From a virus (taxonomy: Duplodnaviria; Caudoviricetes), in IMG/VR virus record IMGVR_UViG_3300035701_000034, positions 1 to 60,540 of that record: a stretch of DNA of 60,540 bases, one strand, 5' to 3'. The notes below the pieces were generated by a model. It saw nothing but the letters and a program-made list of their open reading frames with translations. It was not told where the DNA came from and made no database searches. This document shows, piece by piece, positions 29,628 to 39,600 of the stretch; the first letter of the stretch is position 1; every line of letters begins with the position of its first letter. The position numbers were made by a program, and so were the translations under genes.

Positions 29628-30355
29628 TAACAATATATAAAAATAGAATCATTTATACTTCACATCGAAATAAAAAAATTAAAGTACCTGCAGATGTATT
29701 GTTTAATTATTTAGGTGATACTGTTGTGTTGGATAAAAGTGTAACTTTTGAAACTATAATGGAAATACTTCACGTAAATGATGCTCTAACTAATATTGTT
29801 TTTGGTTCAACGTTAGGTAATTATGATTTTGACGTATTTTATAAGGATTATTTGAAACTTATGCCAGAATCAGGAAAGAATGATTATAAATCTGAATTTC
29901 TTGAAATTTATTATTATCCCGATTTATTCAAATATGAAAAAAATCAAAGGTTTGAATTAAACCATACGTGGGACTTACATCTCATAAAAACAAAGGAAGA
30001 TATTTCATATTCCATATCATTGGTTAGTTTATGCGAATTAAAAAAACATCCTATTAAAATTAAATATGATGTTGATATTATACCACACGACTCAACAAAA
30101 AAAATAACAACAAAATTATTAACAACACCTTTGTTAAAAACAACTTTGGGTGCAGTAAAATTATTTGATGTTTTATGGTCTATACTTTATGAAATCAGTT
30201 GGCACGGAGCACCTGATAGTAGAGATGCTTTTCGGAAAGACCTTACTGATAGAGTTTATGATATTAAAAATGATGTTAAAACTGGAGATAATAGTGATAT
30301 GATGACTTTGGAGCAATTTACTAAGTCATTGAAAAAGAAGAAAAAGAAAAAATAA
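29624..30355 (+). CDS. hypothetical phage protein
   Basis: 243-aa ORF, ILYEISWHG.P..RD. Confidence 0.6.
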   Translation: MITIYKNRIIYTSHRNKKIKVPADVLFNYLGDTVVLDKSVTFETIMEILHVNDALTNIVFGSTLGNYDFDVFYKDYLKLMPESGKNDYKSEFLEIYYYPDLFKYEKNQRFELNHTWDLHLIKTKEDISYSISLVSLCELKKHPIKIKYDVDIIPHDSTKKITTKLLTTPLLKTTLGAVKLFDVLWSILYEISWHGAPDSRDAFRKDLTDRVYDIKNDVKTGDNSDMMTLEQFTKSLKKKKKKK

Positions 30356-30385
30356 AAAAACCAACCTTACGGGGTTGGCTATTAT
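30354..30385. terminator. terminator between convergent genes
   Basis: A-run plus CCAACCT-TACG-GGGTTGG hairpin; reads as a T-run on the minus strand. Confidence 0.65.
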
Positions 30386-30435
30386 TTGAGAAATAATATT
30401 AAGATACTGATAAATACTGTCAGTTGATGTAAAAA

Positions 30436-31275
30436 TCAAATTTTACATCTAAAATCTACTGACCATCCAATTGGCATGAACTGGGGCTTCATTGTATCAA
30501 TGAAGTGTTGTCTCCACCCTTGAATGAATTCTTCGAATGCAGCATGATTATTGAATTGTTTGATAACCATCTTTCCATGAAAGAATTCGTCAATATTAAT
30601 TACTTCATTTTTCTCTCTAGCAATTGATTTGTTCAACTTTCTTCTAATCTTATCAAGTTCTTCAAAATCTAACTTCATAATATCGAATTTCAACATGGTG
30701 CTCACTTCTTTACCTATGATTTCAATTTTAGTGATTGGTATATCATTGAATTGATCTAGAATAGTGTTAAGTAATTTACTGATCTTAAATTTAGCTCTGA
30801 GTCTTTCGACTACAGTTGAGATATAGACATTATTTAATTCTTCAATTGTACCAACGTTATATTTTCTTGCAATATAAGTTTTATAGCTCTTAGCAATCAT
30901 TTCATATTCTTCATGATGCATTCTACAAATCAATACAACATCATGGTGATTTCTCGATTTGTATTTTATTGGCATGAATTTTCTATAGTGGTATGGAACC
31001 ACATGATGTCTTTGAAGATTATCTGGAGAACTACAAACAACACATTGATTTACTCGTGGAAGTAATCCAAAAATCTCATTTTCAGAAAAACCATCCCCTT
31101 TCGGTACTTTTGTTAATTGAATTGAATTCTCGTCAATAACAATAGCACCTGCTTTACGCAAATACCAATCGGCCTTTCTTTTACTCGTAGTAAACATGTG
31201 TTTACCGTTCGGGTGAAATACTTTCCAATTGTCATTTGTATCAAATTTTCTACTTCCACTTTTTAATACTTGCAT
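30436..31275 (-). CDS. HNH-like protein resembling the C-terminal domain of eukaryotic EXD2
   Basis: P.G...FT...RKA.WYL.K; N.CVVC; RHHVVP..YRK..P...K..N.HDVVL.C..HH; WRQHF..TM.P.F.P..WSVD. Confidence 0.75.
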   Translation of the reverse strand: MQVLKSGSRKFDTNDNWKVFHPNGKHMFTTSKRKADWYLRKAGAIVIDENSIQLTKVPKGDGFSENEIFGLLPRVNQCVVCSSPDNLQRHHVVPYHYRKFMPIKYKSRNHHDVVLICRMHHEEYEMIAKSYKTYIARKYNVGTIEELNNVYISTVVERLRAKFKISKLLNTILDQFNDIPITKIEIIGKEVSTMLKFDIMKLDFEELDKIRRKLNKSIAREKNEVINIDEFFHGKMVIKQFNNHAAFEEFIQGWRQHFIDTMKPQFMPIGWSVDFRCKI

Positions 31276-31775
31276 TAGTTCAAATTTTCTCTTATGATTC
31301 TATGGTACTCTATAACTTTATGAGGTGATGTTATCTTATCAATCCCAAATTTATCAATTATTTCTTGTTTCCAAAACAATTTCAATCCAATTCTTTTACA
31401 ATCATTGATAAAATCATCGATTGTATCTGGAAGAATTGGGAATTTATATTCTTTATCGTATAGCCTTATTTTATATGTATTAAATTCCACATCAATGGAT
31501 GCATTGCTTTGAGGATTCTCCAAAGTTTGCCAATGAATCAAATCCTTAACTATCCATCCATCAAATAGAATTTCTCGATCTTTTAATTTCCATTTTTTTA
31601 GACGATTGATATATCCTTCATTTGTCTCATGGTAGTCTTGCCCATTGACAGGCATTGATGATCCGTCCGAATTTCCTATATGCTTTACATCAAAAAATCT
31701 ATTATACAACTCAGTTTTAATTTTTTGATCGCAGATTGTAAAGATGTATGGTGATACTTCAACATTATTTTTCAT
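31275..31775 (-). CDS. hypothetical protein
   Basis: 166-aa ORF coupled to the HNH gene. Confidence 0.6.
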   Translation of the reverse strand: MKNNVEVSPYIFTICDQKIKTELYNRFFDVKHIGNSDGSSMPVNGQDYHETNEGYINRLKKWKLKDREILFDGWIVKDLIHWQTLENPQSNASIDVEFNTYKIRLYDKEYKFPILPDTIDDFINDCKRIGLKLFWKQEIIDKFGIDKITSPHKVIEYHRIIRENLN

Positions 31776-31777
31776 GA

Positions 31778-33190
31778 TTATTTTATTGAAATTAATTTAT
31801 TATTATCTCCTATGGTTAAGTAATAGATAGTTTTTGTGGTGTTGTTTATTAGAGTTTGGTTATCGTATGCTATTTGAGTTATTTTTACTGATTTTACGAT
31901 ATGCCCAGTTTTTGGATTTTTAAAAATGAATTCATTAGGATTGTATTTTACCACCAACACCATATCGTCATCAATTTTAGTTAATCCATATATTTTCTCT
32001 GATGCATTGATAATGTTTCCTTGCAAGGTCACTTTCTTTTCACCCGTAAATATGTTGACCGTATAATAATTACCCTTACCATCATAAGATATGACATTAG
32101 AGCCATTATCTGTGATGTATGAATATAATTCAAACGATTTATCGATGTTTAATACATTCGATAGTGTAGTTCTTTTAGATAAACTAGCAGCATCTTCCAA
32201 GAATAATTCAACAATTTTTCTATCGAATTTTAGTGATTCGTTCCAATGTCCTAATAATACCTGATTGGTGGAATAACTATAATCAAGAATAGAATAAGAA
32301 TGAATTAACTCAACAACACTATTGTTGGATTTGTACTCATAAATGTTTTTAAAACTTGATATTAATATCCTCGTTCTAGTAAACCACACTTTAAAAGCTC
32401 CTTCATCATCTTTCGTTGTAACTCTTATAGTGTCAATCATTTTTAGTGTTTTTTGATTAAAGAAATAAATAACACTTCTATTATCTATAAAAGCACCCAC
32501 ATCACCAACATAATCTAGAGATACATGTCCTAAGTTCGAAAACCTAAATGTTTTGAGAACGGAGTCATTCTGATCGAGAACAATCATTCTACCATTAGTT
32601 GTTGATAGGAATAATAGGTTATTTTCTTTAGATAATTTCAAATCATTAAATTGATCATTAGTTCCTGCAGTGATAGATTGTTTATTTAAAGATTTGACAT
32701 ATAGTGATTTCTCGTTTATGTTCTTACTTGATTTAACGACATCCAATTCATCACTAATACGATTTATTTGTTTTTTTAAATCATCTAATTCATTAGTTTT
32801 TTTTTCATTGACGATTAATGCTCCGAGTGCTGTGGTATCTATAGTGATTTTAGCTTTCATCCAGTAAGTAGTGCCATTCCATGACTGATCGATCACTTCA
32901 AATTTGGTAATTCCAGCACTGACACTAGAAATATTTTCTACAAAATTTTGATTGTATTTGCCGTTGTTTTCAAAAGTTTTAAAAAGAGTCTCTGTTTTGA
33001 TATAGACTCCAATTTTATCTAGGAGTGTAGCACGTAATCTTGTTTTGGCTATATCATAGCAAATATCTTTACTATCACGATCACCTGCGGTATAGGTATA
33101 TTCTTCAATAAAATGCTTTTCTTGTCCTAAAACTGCAGAAATAGCATAAAATTGAAGAAATAGAGTTAAAAGGATGTTTAAAATTTTCAT
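31778..33190 (-). CDS. secreted protein: signal peptide, alpha/beta N-domain, coiled coil and beta-propeller-like C-terminus
   Basis: MKILNILLTLFLQFYAISAVLG|QEK signal; repetitive short beta strands in the C-half. Confidence 0.6.
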   Translation of the reverse strand: MKILNILLTLFLQFYAISAVLGQEKHFIEEYTYTAGDRDSKDICYDIAKTRLRATLLDKIGVYIKTETLFKTFENNGKYNQNFVENISSVSAGITKFEVIDQSWNGTTYWMKAKITIDTTALGALIVNEKKTNELDDLKKQINRISDELDVVKSSKNINEKSLYVKSLNKQSITAGTNDQFNDLKLSKENNLLFLSTTNGRMIVLDQNDSVLKTFRFSNLGHVSLDYVGDVGAFIDNRSVIYFFNQKTLKMIDTIRVTTKDDEGAFKVWFTRTRILISSFKNIYEYKSNNSVVELIHSYSILDYSYSTNQVLLGHWNESLKFDRKIVELFLEDAASLSKRTTLSNVLNIDKSFELYSYITDNGSNVISYDGKGNYYTVNIFTGEKKVTLQGNIINASEKIYGLTKIDDDMVLVVKYNPNEFIFKNPKTGHIVKSVKITQIAYDNQTLINNTTKTIYYLTIGDNNKLISIK

Positions 33191-33260
33191 ATATTTGTTC
33201 TCATATATCATTATACGCAAAAACCTCTAAATTGTTTGAAATATAAGGTATTTATTAAAT

Positions 33261-33917
33261 ATGGATTTATCAATACCTTTTGGAATAGAAGAATACACAG
33301 CATCTTTCGAAATTGACCGTAAAACGTTCAAGATCGACTCCAAAAACTATTATAGTATTAAGACTAAGAAGACACAGATAATCCTTGGAGGGAGCCTTAG
33401 AAAGGCCAGTAACCATATACTACGTCTAAGGAGAAAAGATTTCGGATTAGCTAAAAATTGGCCTACGTTTAGTATTCGTAGAGATGGTCGTATTTTTCAA
33501 CACTTTGACCCTAATTATCATAGTGATTATATGGGTAATAAGGATATTGATAAAAAATCTATTTCCATCGTTTTAGAGAATATGGGTATGCTTTCATTTG
33601 ATTATGAGAAAAATAAGTATCTTAATTGGATAAATGAGGAATGTATTGAAAGTGATGTACACGAAAAATTGTGGAAAAACAACAGATATTGGGAATCTTA
33701 TACTGCTGAACAATTAACAGCATGTGTAAATTTATGTGTATACCTCTGCAGAAATTATGGCATTAAACAGGATTGTTTGGGGTATTATGTATATCATGAA
33801 GGAGCATTACTTTATGATGGAATATTGACTCGAAGTAATTATGATTCTGAATATTGTGATCTTAATCCATCTTTCAATTTCAAGAAATTTCTCAAAGAAC
33901 TAAATGTTTTTGTATAA
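33261..33917 (+). CDS. N-acetylmuramoyl-L-alanine amidase (Amidase_2)-fold protein, Zn ligands apparently lost
   Basis: F.I.RDG.IFQ, SISIVLEN.G, YT.EQ..A...LC.YLC..YGI; IILGGS replaces the usual I.LH; GTATTTAT at 33248. Confidence 0.7.
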   Translation: MDLSIPFGIEEYTASFEIDRKTFKIDSKNYYSIKTKKTQIILGGSLRKASNHILRLRRKDFGLAKNWPTFSIRRDGRIFQHFDPNYHSDYMGNKDIDKKSISIVLENMGMLSFDYEKNKYLNWINEECIESDVHEKLWKNNRYWESYTAEQLTACVNLCVYLCRNYGIKQDCLGYYVYHEGALLYDGILTRSNYDSEYCDLNPSFNFKKFLKELNVFV

Positions 33918-33947
33918 CAAATGTATTTATATCATACTATCTAACAC

Positions 33948-34418
33948 ATGAAAGGCGAAATTTTACAACAAATTACAGAAAGAACAAAAAATTTTGAAAA
34001 AAGATATGGTTTTGAACCCAAGAAACCAACTAAAGAAATGTCAATGAGAGACATGTTAGGAGTTATGAGAAAGAAGGTTAATGAAAACCTTGATCAAGCA
34101 AGAAATCTTACACAATCCGAAATTGATCGTGAACAAGAGAAAATGTTAAATTATTTTCAAGATGATAATGTGGACATTCAATTTGAACCACTTAATGTAT
34201 ATAGTGATGGTATTTTTTTCGGTGGTAGTATCGATGGTCAATTATTGTTTGCATATAAAGTCACTCCAGAAGAAAAGACTAGTGGTGTAGAAGTAAAATA
34301 TCTTGATGGTTTCGATCCTGCTGATCCAGATAATGACAAGATCATTAAGAAAGTGCAGTCATACTACAATGATTTTTATAAGTATTGGAGAGATAATGAA
34401 CTACAAATATCTAAATAA
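33948..34418 (+). CDS. hypothetical protein, likely late/virion
   Basis: 156-aa ORF; GTATTTAT at 33923. Confidence 0.6.
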   Translation: MKGEILQQITERTKNFEKRYGFEPKKPTKEMSMRDMLGVMRKKVNENLDQARNLTQSEIDREQEKMLNYFQDDNVDIQFEPLNVYSDGIFFGGSIDGQLLFAYKVTPEEKTSGVEVKYLDGFDPADPDNDKIIKKVQSYYNDFYKYWRDNELQISK

Positions 34419-34637
34419 ATGATTATGCAATCATCAGCATCATACCTTAAGTCATTTTTAGAAAAAGGAAAAATTGTCGTTAGTGATAGATATGTAAATT
34501 TTGAAGAGAAAAGAAAAATATTTCATTCAGTATTAATGCAATTGCACCTAGAGCATCCTAGACTCGTTGAAGAATGTACTATAGAGAAAACACTTAAAAT
34601 AGATCACAAAAATCTAATAATAGAAATAACATATTAA
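34419..34637 (+). CDS. hypothetical protein
   Basis: 72-aa ORF. Confidence 0.5.
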   Translation: MIMQSSASYLKSFLEKGKIVVSDRYVNFEEKRKIFHSVLMQLHLEHPRLVEECTIEKTLKIDHKNLIIEITY

Positions 34638-34641
34638 ACAT

Positions 34642-34682
34642 TTTGAAATGTCCAATTAATGTGCTATCTTAGGACATTAATT
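34642..34682 (+). promoter_or_regulatory. Bacteroidota-type promoter overlapped by an inverted repeat
   Basis: TTTG-N19-TATCTTAG; AATTAATGTGCT..AGGACATTAATT at 34654-34682. Confidence 0.5.
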
Positions 34683-34690
34683 TAATTAAT

Positions 34691-34966
34691 ATGAAACACA
34701 AATATACTCTTATCACAGATAAGACGGAAAAAGTTGGTGATTTAGTAATCAAACCCTTTAATGAAGGAAAGATCGGTGATCTTATCAGTACTGGTAGTTT
34801 TGATAAAACAACCAATCTAGAAATTTTCTTCGAAATAGATAGTTTACATAAATTCGGTGGACAAGATATTGTTGCTCATGATTTGAATGAAAGTTGGCAT
34901 GTTGCACCAGCATTCTCTACCCAAGAATGTAGATTCATTGAAATGAAAAAAAGAAAAAAACTATAA
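34691..34966 (+). CDS. hypothetical protein
   Basis: 91-aa ORF. Confidence 0.55.
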   Translation: MKHKYTLITDKTEKVGDLVIKPFNEGKIGDLISTGSFDKTTNLEIFFEIDSLHKFGGQDIVAHDLNESWHVAPAFSTQECRFIEMKKRKKL

Positions 34967-34997
34967 ATTCAAAGTATTTATCTGAAATAACAATCAG

Positions 34998-35744
34998 ATG
35001 GATATAACATTGAATTTCGACAAAAGAAACCTCGCTATTGTGGTTCTTATATTATTATTAGGGTTTGGTATATCATACCACTTCTATATAGTAAGTAAAA
35101 ATAAAGATCAAATCAAACAAGAAAAAAATCTTCAACATGCTCTTACAGATACTGTAAGAACGTATCGTAATAAAGAAAATCAGTGGGTGAGTGAAAAACT
35201 CACATTACAAGCTGATACAAAAGATTTGAAAGATAAGAATCTTACTTTGACTAATAATCAAATCGACCTTATGGGCAAAGTTGATCAAATCAATAAACAT
35301 AATCAGGTTATTAGCGCAGCCCTAATTCAGATGGGTGTTAAAATAGATGGATTAGCTAATGCTGATCCTATAGTTCAAACAGATTCAACAGTTGAATTCG
35401 CTGCACATAGTGATAGTTTATCTTATGATATATTAATTAGTAGAGTAAAGCCTATAGGAAGACCAGTACTAGAATTTAAAAAATTTACACTTCCTAACAC
35501 TCAATTAGTGGAGTTTCATTGGAGAGATGATCGTAAAGAAGGGTATCCTATTTCTTTTACAGTAACTAATAGTAATCCATACTATAAAGTATACAATCTT
35601 GATAGTTATGCTATTCCAGAACTGGATAAGACTAAAATAAAACCAACTTTTTGGAATAAATTAGGTACATTTTCAAAATCAACAGGAGGGAAGATAATGT
35701 TTCTTGGAATTGGATTTGTGGCTGGTGCTGCATTAATGAAGTAA
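34998..35744 (+). CDS. membrane-anchored coiled-coil protein, spanin-like candidate
   Basis: N-terminal TM, coiled coil, beta region, C-terminal hydrophobic tail; GTATTTAT at 34974. Confidence 0.5.
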   Translation: MDITLNFDKRNLAIVVLILLLGFGISYHFYIVSKNKDQIKQEKNLQHALTDTVRTYRNKENQWVSEKLTLQADTKDLKDKNLTLTNNQIDLMGKVDQINKHNQVISAALIQMGVKIDGLANADPIVQTDSTVEFAAHSDSLSYDILISRVKPIGRPVLEFKKFTLPNTQLVEFHWRDDRKEGYPISFTVTNSNPYYKVYNLDSYAIPELDKTKIKPTFWNKLGTFSKSTGGKIMFLGIGFVAGAALMK

Positions 35745-35745
35745 T

Positions 35746-36330
35746 ATGATAGAGCAAATCTTTGCTAGTAAGCCAAATTCAATTCATGATGTTATTCCCT
35801 CTCAATTTTTTACAAAATATGATGTATCAGATTATGTATGGTGTGGGAATTGTTTTGAATGGTATTGGGCAATAGCACAAACCATTCAGCCTAAAACATT
35901 TATGGAAATAGGTGTAAGACTCGGTTTTAGTTTCTTACCAACAATGCTTGCTAGTAAATCATTAGAATATGCTCTAGGTTGGGATTTAGAGACTTATGGA
36001 AATAATACAATAGCAAGAGAAAATATTGGTTCTTATTACGGTGGAACGTGTAAATGGGAGATATTACACGTAGATTCACAAGAACAGACCACACTTCCAA
36101 GATTTTTCGATCTTGTATCTATTGACGGTTGTCACGATTACAACTGTAAAATACACGATTTAGAATTGGCTATGGAAAATAGTAAATATGTCATATTGGA
36201 TGATTATGATTATTTACCAGATGTTAGAAAGGGTGTTGACCAATTTATGAAGAATAATTCAAAAAGAATAGAATGGTCTCTTTATATACCCACTTTTAGG
36301 GGTAGTCAACTCATTAAATTTAAACTATAA
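35746..36330 (+). CDS. class I SAM-dependent methyltransferase (Methyltransf_24-like)
   Basis: EIGVRLGFS, IDGCHDY, ILDDY. Confidence 0.8.
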   Translation: MIEQIFASKPNSIHDVIPSQFFTKYDVSDYVWCGNCFEWYWAIAQTIQPKTFMEIGVRLGFSFLPTMLASKSLEYALGWDLETYGNNTIARENIGSYYGGTCKWEILHVDSQEQTTLPRFFDLVSIDGCHDYNCKIHDLELAMENSKYVILDDYDYLPDVRKGVDQFMKNNSKRIEWSLYIPTFRGSQLIKFKL

Positions 36331-36348
36331 AAAGAATTATATAATAAT

Positions 36349-36377
36349 AAAGCACGTTCGAAAGACGTGCTTTTTTT
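36349..36377 (+). terminator. rho-independent terminator
   Basis: AAAGCACGTT-CGAAA-GACGTGCTTTTTTT. Confidence 0.8.
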
Positions 36378-36421
36378 CGTTATTGACAAGTATTTATAAG
36401 GTATAAAGAGAGATAATCACT

Positions 36422-36625
36422 ATGAGCGCAAGCGAAGTTAAGGATATTGTTAGAGGCGAGGTCAAGAATGTTATTCGTGATGAAGTACTAAAACAGGTTA
36501 AAGCTTCAATGAAAAATGGTGATATGAAGAAGGATGTAAATAAATTAATAAAAGACGCTTTAACTGAATTGTATAAATTCATGTGGATTAGAAAGAGTGT
36601 TTGGCAAGGTGAAATTGGAAGATAA
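36422..36625 (+). CDS. hypothetical protein
   Basis: 67-aa ORF; GTATTTAT at 36390; coupled to the next gene. Confidence 0.6.
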   Translation: MSASEVKDIVRGEVKNVIRDEVLKQVKASMKNGDMKKDVNKLIKDALTELYKFMWIRKSVWQGEIGR

Positions 36626-39600
36626 TGAGTGATCAAAATTTTAATTTTAAGTCATTTAAACCGACAATGAAACCGCCCTCAGAAATGGGGAAAAAGATTG
36701 ATAGTGGATTTAAAAGTAAAATGCGTAATGTAGGTGTAAATATGAATAGCATAAAAGAAAACAACATTCCTCTGAATGAAAAAGAAGAATCATTAAAGAA
36801 GAAGATTTTTAGTCTTCCTAAGATGGAAACTCTTGTAATGACTGATGAATATTTGTCTAATATTTACAATAAATTAAAGCAAGATGCCCAAGAGACTTAC
36901 GGGTATCATTGGAACGAAACTATTATGAACATATTGTTTAATGAATACGTTCTTGATGATGTTGGTTATCTTCAAAAGTACAAAAATACAAAGACTTACA
37001 ATAAAAAAAGAAGAGGACAAGAAGGTGTTGAGGAATTAGAAAAAGAACTTCAAAATAAGGTGGCTAAGGCTAAGGCTAATAAGGGCGATGAACCAATTTT
37101 GAAGAGAGATAAGAAAGTTTCTGATGTTGATAGCAATAAGGATAACTTAGATAAATTCAAAAGAGGCGTAAAACAAGATAAGGAGAATAACGCTATGGCT
37201 AATGAATCACAAAACGAAGTTGCTGAAAAAATGAAAATACTAACAGAAGGTTTAGATAAAGAGATGAATGAACTTTTTGGTTTTGGTGCTCCTGCTCCAA
37301 TGACATCACATAAAGCAAGTAAGAATGATACATATTTCGTTGATAAAGGTAATAATACTGCAGTTGGTGTTATTTCAACAAATTTAACTCCAGAACAAAA
37401 TCAGGAAACTGCAAATAAATTTGCTGGTAATACATTAAAGTATAGCAGAATGCCTTGGTTTGTAGCAGTACAAAATAAAATAAAAGGAGTTCCACAGCAA
37501 GTGACAGATGGTAGTATTGCAGATTTTCAACAGGATGCTGTAAAGTATGCTGGTGTACCTGCATTAGGTGAAACTACTGGTGCTGCAAGTAGCGGTGCTT
37601 ATGCCCCTGCATTAGATAACCAAGATAATACCTATCAGAATGAAACAACTACTTCTGCAAGTAGTGGAGCATTTTCTGGCCCATTCCCTGCTCAAAGAAA
37701 ATCAGTTCTTGATAAACCATTATGGGTTGGTGGTACTATATTAAAAGAAAGTAAAGATTATTTAGGTAATCCAGAAGCATTTAAGAAATATATAGAACAT
37801 GTAGAGAGTGTTGATAAGCTCGAAGAGATGTTAAATGAATCGGTGGATGAAGGAAGTCTTTCAATGAAACAACACGCACAAAATGTTTTAAATAATTTGA
37901 ATCAAATGACAATTCAAAATCCAGAAGTTGCCAAACTTCCTGAATTTCAAGAAACATTAGCTCACTGGAAAGAATTGGCATTAACTGGACAAGCTCCAAA
38001 TCCACAAGAACATCCACAACAAGTATCAGAGGATCATCTTTCAACTAAAGAAGAGAAAATTGATTTCATTGTGAAAAATAGTCAGGGTAAATGGAACTCA
38101 TTTCCAATGGCATATACTCCAGAACAATTACTTGCAATGACTGATGAACAGGTGGATCAAATTTATCATACTATTGAACATGAAGCTGGTGTGAATGAAA
38201 ATGAAGTAGATGAGATGTTTGGTTTTGGTGGCGGTGGTATGGGTTCTAGACTTAATGTTGGAAGTTCTCCATCATCATTGAAGGGTGCAGGTTCTCCTCA
38301 ATTAACAAAATTGAGAGGTGATATGAGAGATAAGATGTTTGCTACGAATCTTAGCGGATATAAAAATCACGTGATTAATGCATTAAGACATATGCCTTCT
38401 GGTGATAAAGTTATTGGAGCATTGGATAAAATTTATGATCAGTTTGTGGAGACTAATATGAAAAATAGTGTATCTCCAGAAGAAACAGCACGACAAGTGA
38501 GTAATCATTGGTCAGGCGTTGCAGAAAGTAAAGCATCAAATAGAATTAGCAATAGAAAAATTCATATTAATGAAGAACCTAGTTTTAAAGATGCAATGGT
38601 TAAAGACATTAGTTATAGTCGAGGCAAAGCAAGTGATAGTGATTCTGTTGGTGAACTTGAATCTAAAGATGGATTATTCAAAGGTAAGTGGAATAATAAC
38701 GAAAATATAAACGAAAAATCGGTATCAAAAGCACAGCAAAAGTTCATGGGTATGGTTCATGCAGATCAAAAGGGAGAATTAGAAAATCCTAGTCCTGCAG
38801 TGAAAAAAGCTGCGAGTTCAATGACAGATAAAGCTGCTACAGACTATGCATCAACAAAACAAGCGGGATTACCTAATTATGTAGATGAAAAGGATAATAA
38901 TTATTTAATGGGATGGCCAAATAAAGGTAAGATGATAACACCAAAAGAAAATCCTTTTGATAAGGTTCAATTTGCAGATAATTCAAAACATACTGCATCT
39001 GATGAAAATATATTCACAAAAATTGCTAAATTAGTGTTTCCTGATCCTAATCCTAACCAAACTCCAGAATCATTAAATGCAATGGGGGAAAAATTTGTGC
39101 ATGATTTTTTTGGTACGATGCCACCAGAAAGAGTATACGATTTATTATATAAAAAATATCAAAAGATGAACTTAGCAGAAAACAAAACAATCAATCACGC
39201 AGATTACAAGGAATTCTTCAAGAATAAATTGAAAGCTAGTGGCAAATCATTAGGATCAATGTCTCCAGAGGAAAAGGAATCTTTCTTTGCAATGGTTGAT
39301 ACCGAATATCAATCAAAAGGTGAAGCAGGTGTTCAGGAATCAATGGTTGATGACCAACCAGATTCAATGGCACGTACTATGGATTCGCCAGAATTAAACG
39401 TATCTGGCGCACCTACGGGTGGTTCATCTGCACCAGTTGCAGAAGCAGCACCAGAAGTAGATGTTGAAGATAGAGAATCTGATCAAGGTGATAGACAAAG
39501 CAAAGAAGCTAATGCAGATGCAGCTAAATTTAGAGAATTTCTTAAATCTAACTATGGAGTTGAAAGTGTTGCTGAATTGTCTCCAAGACAAAAACAACAA

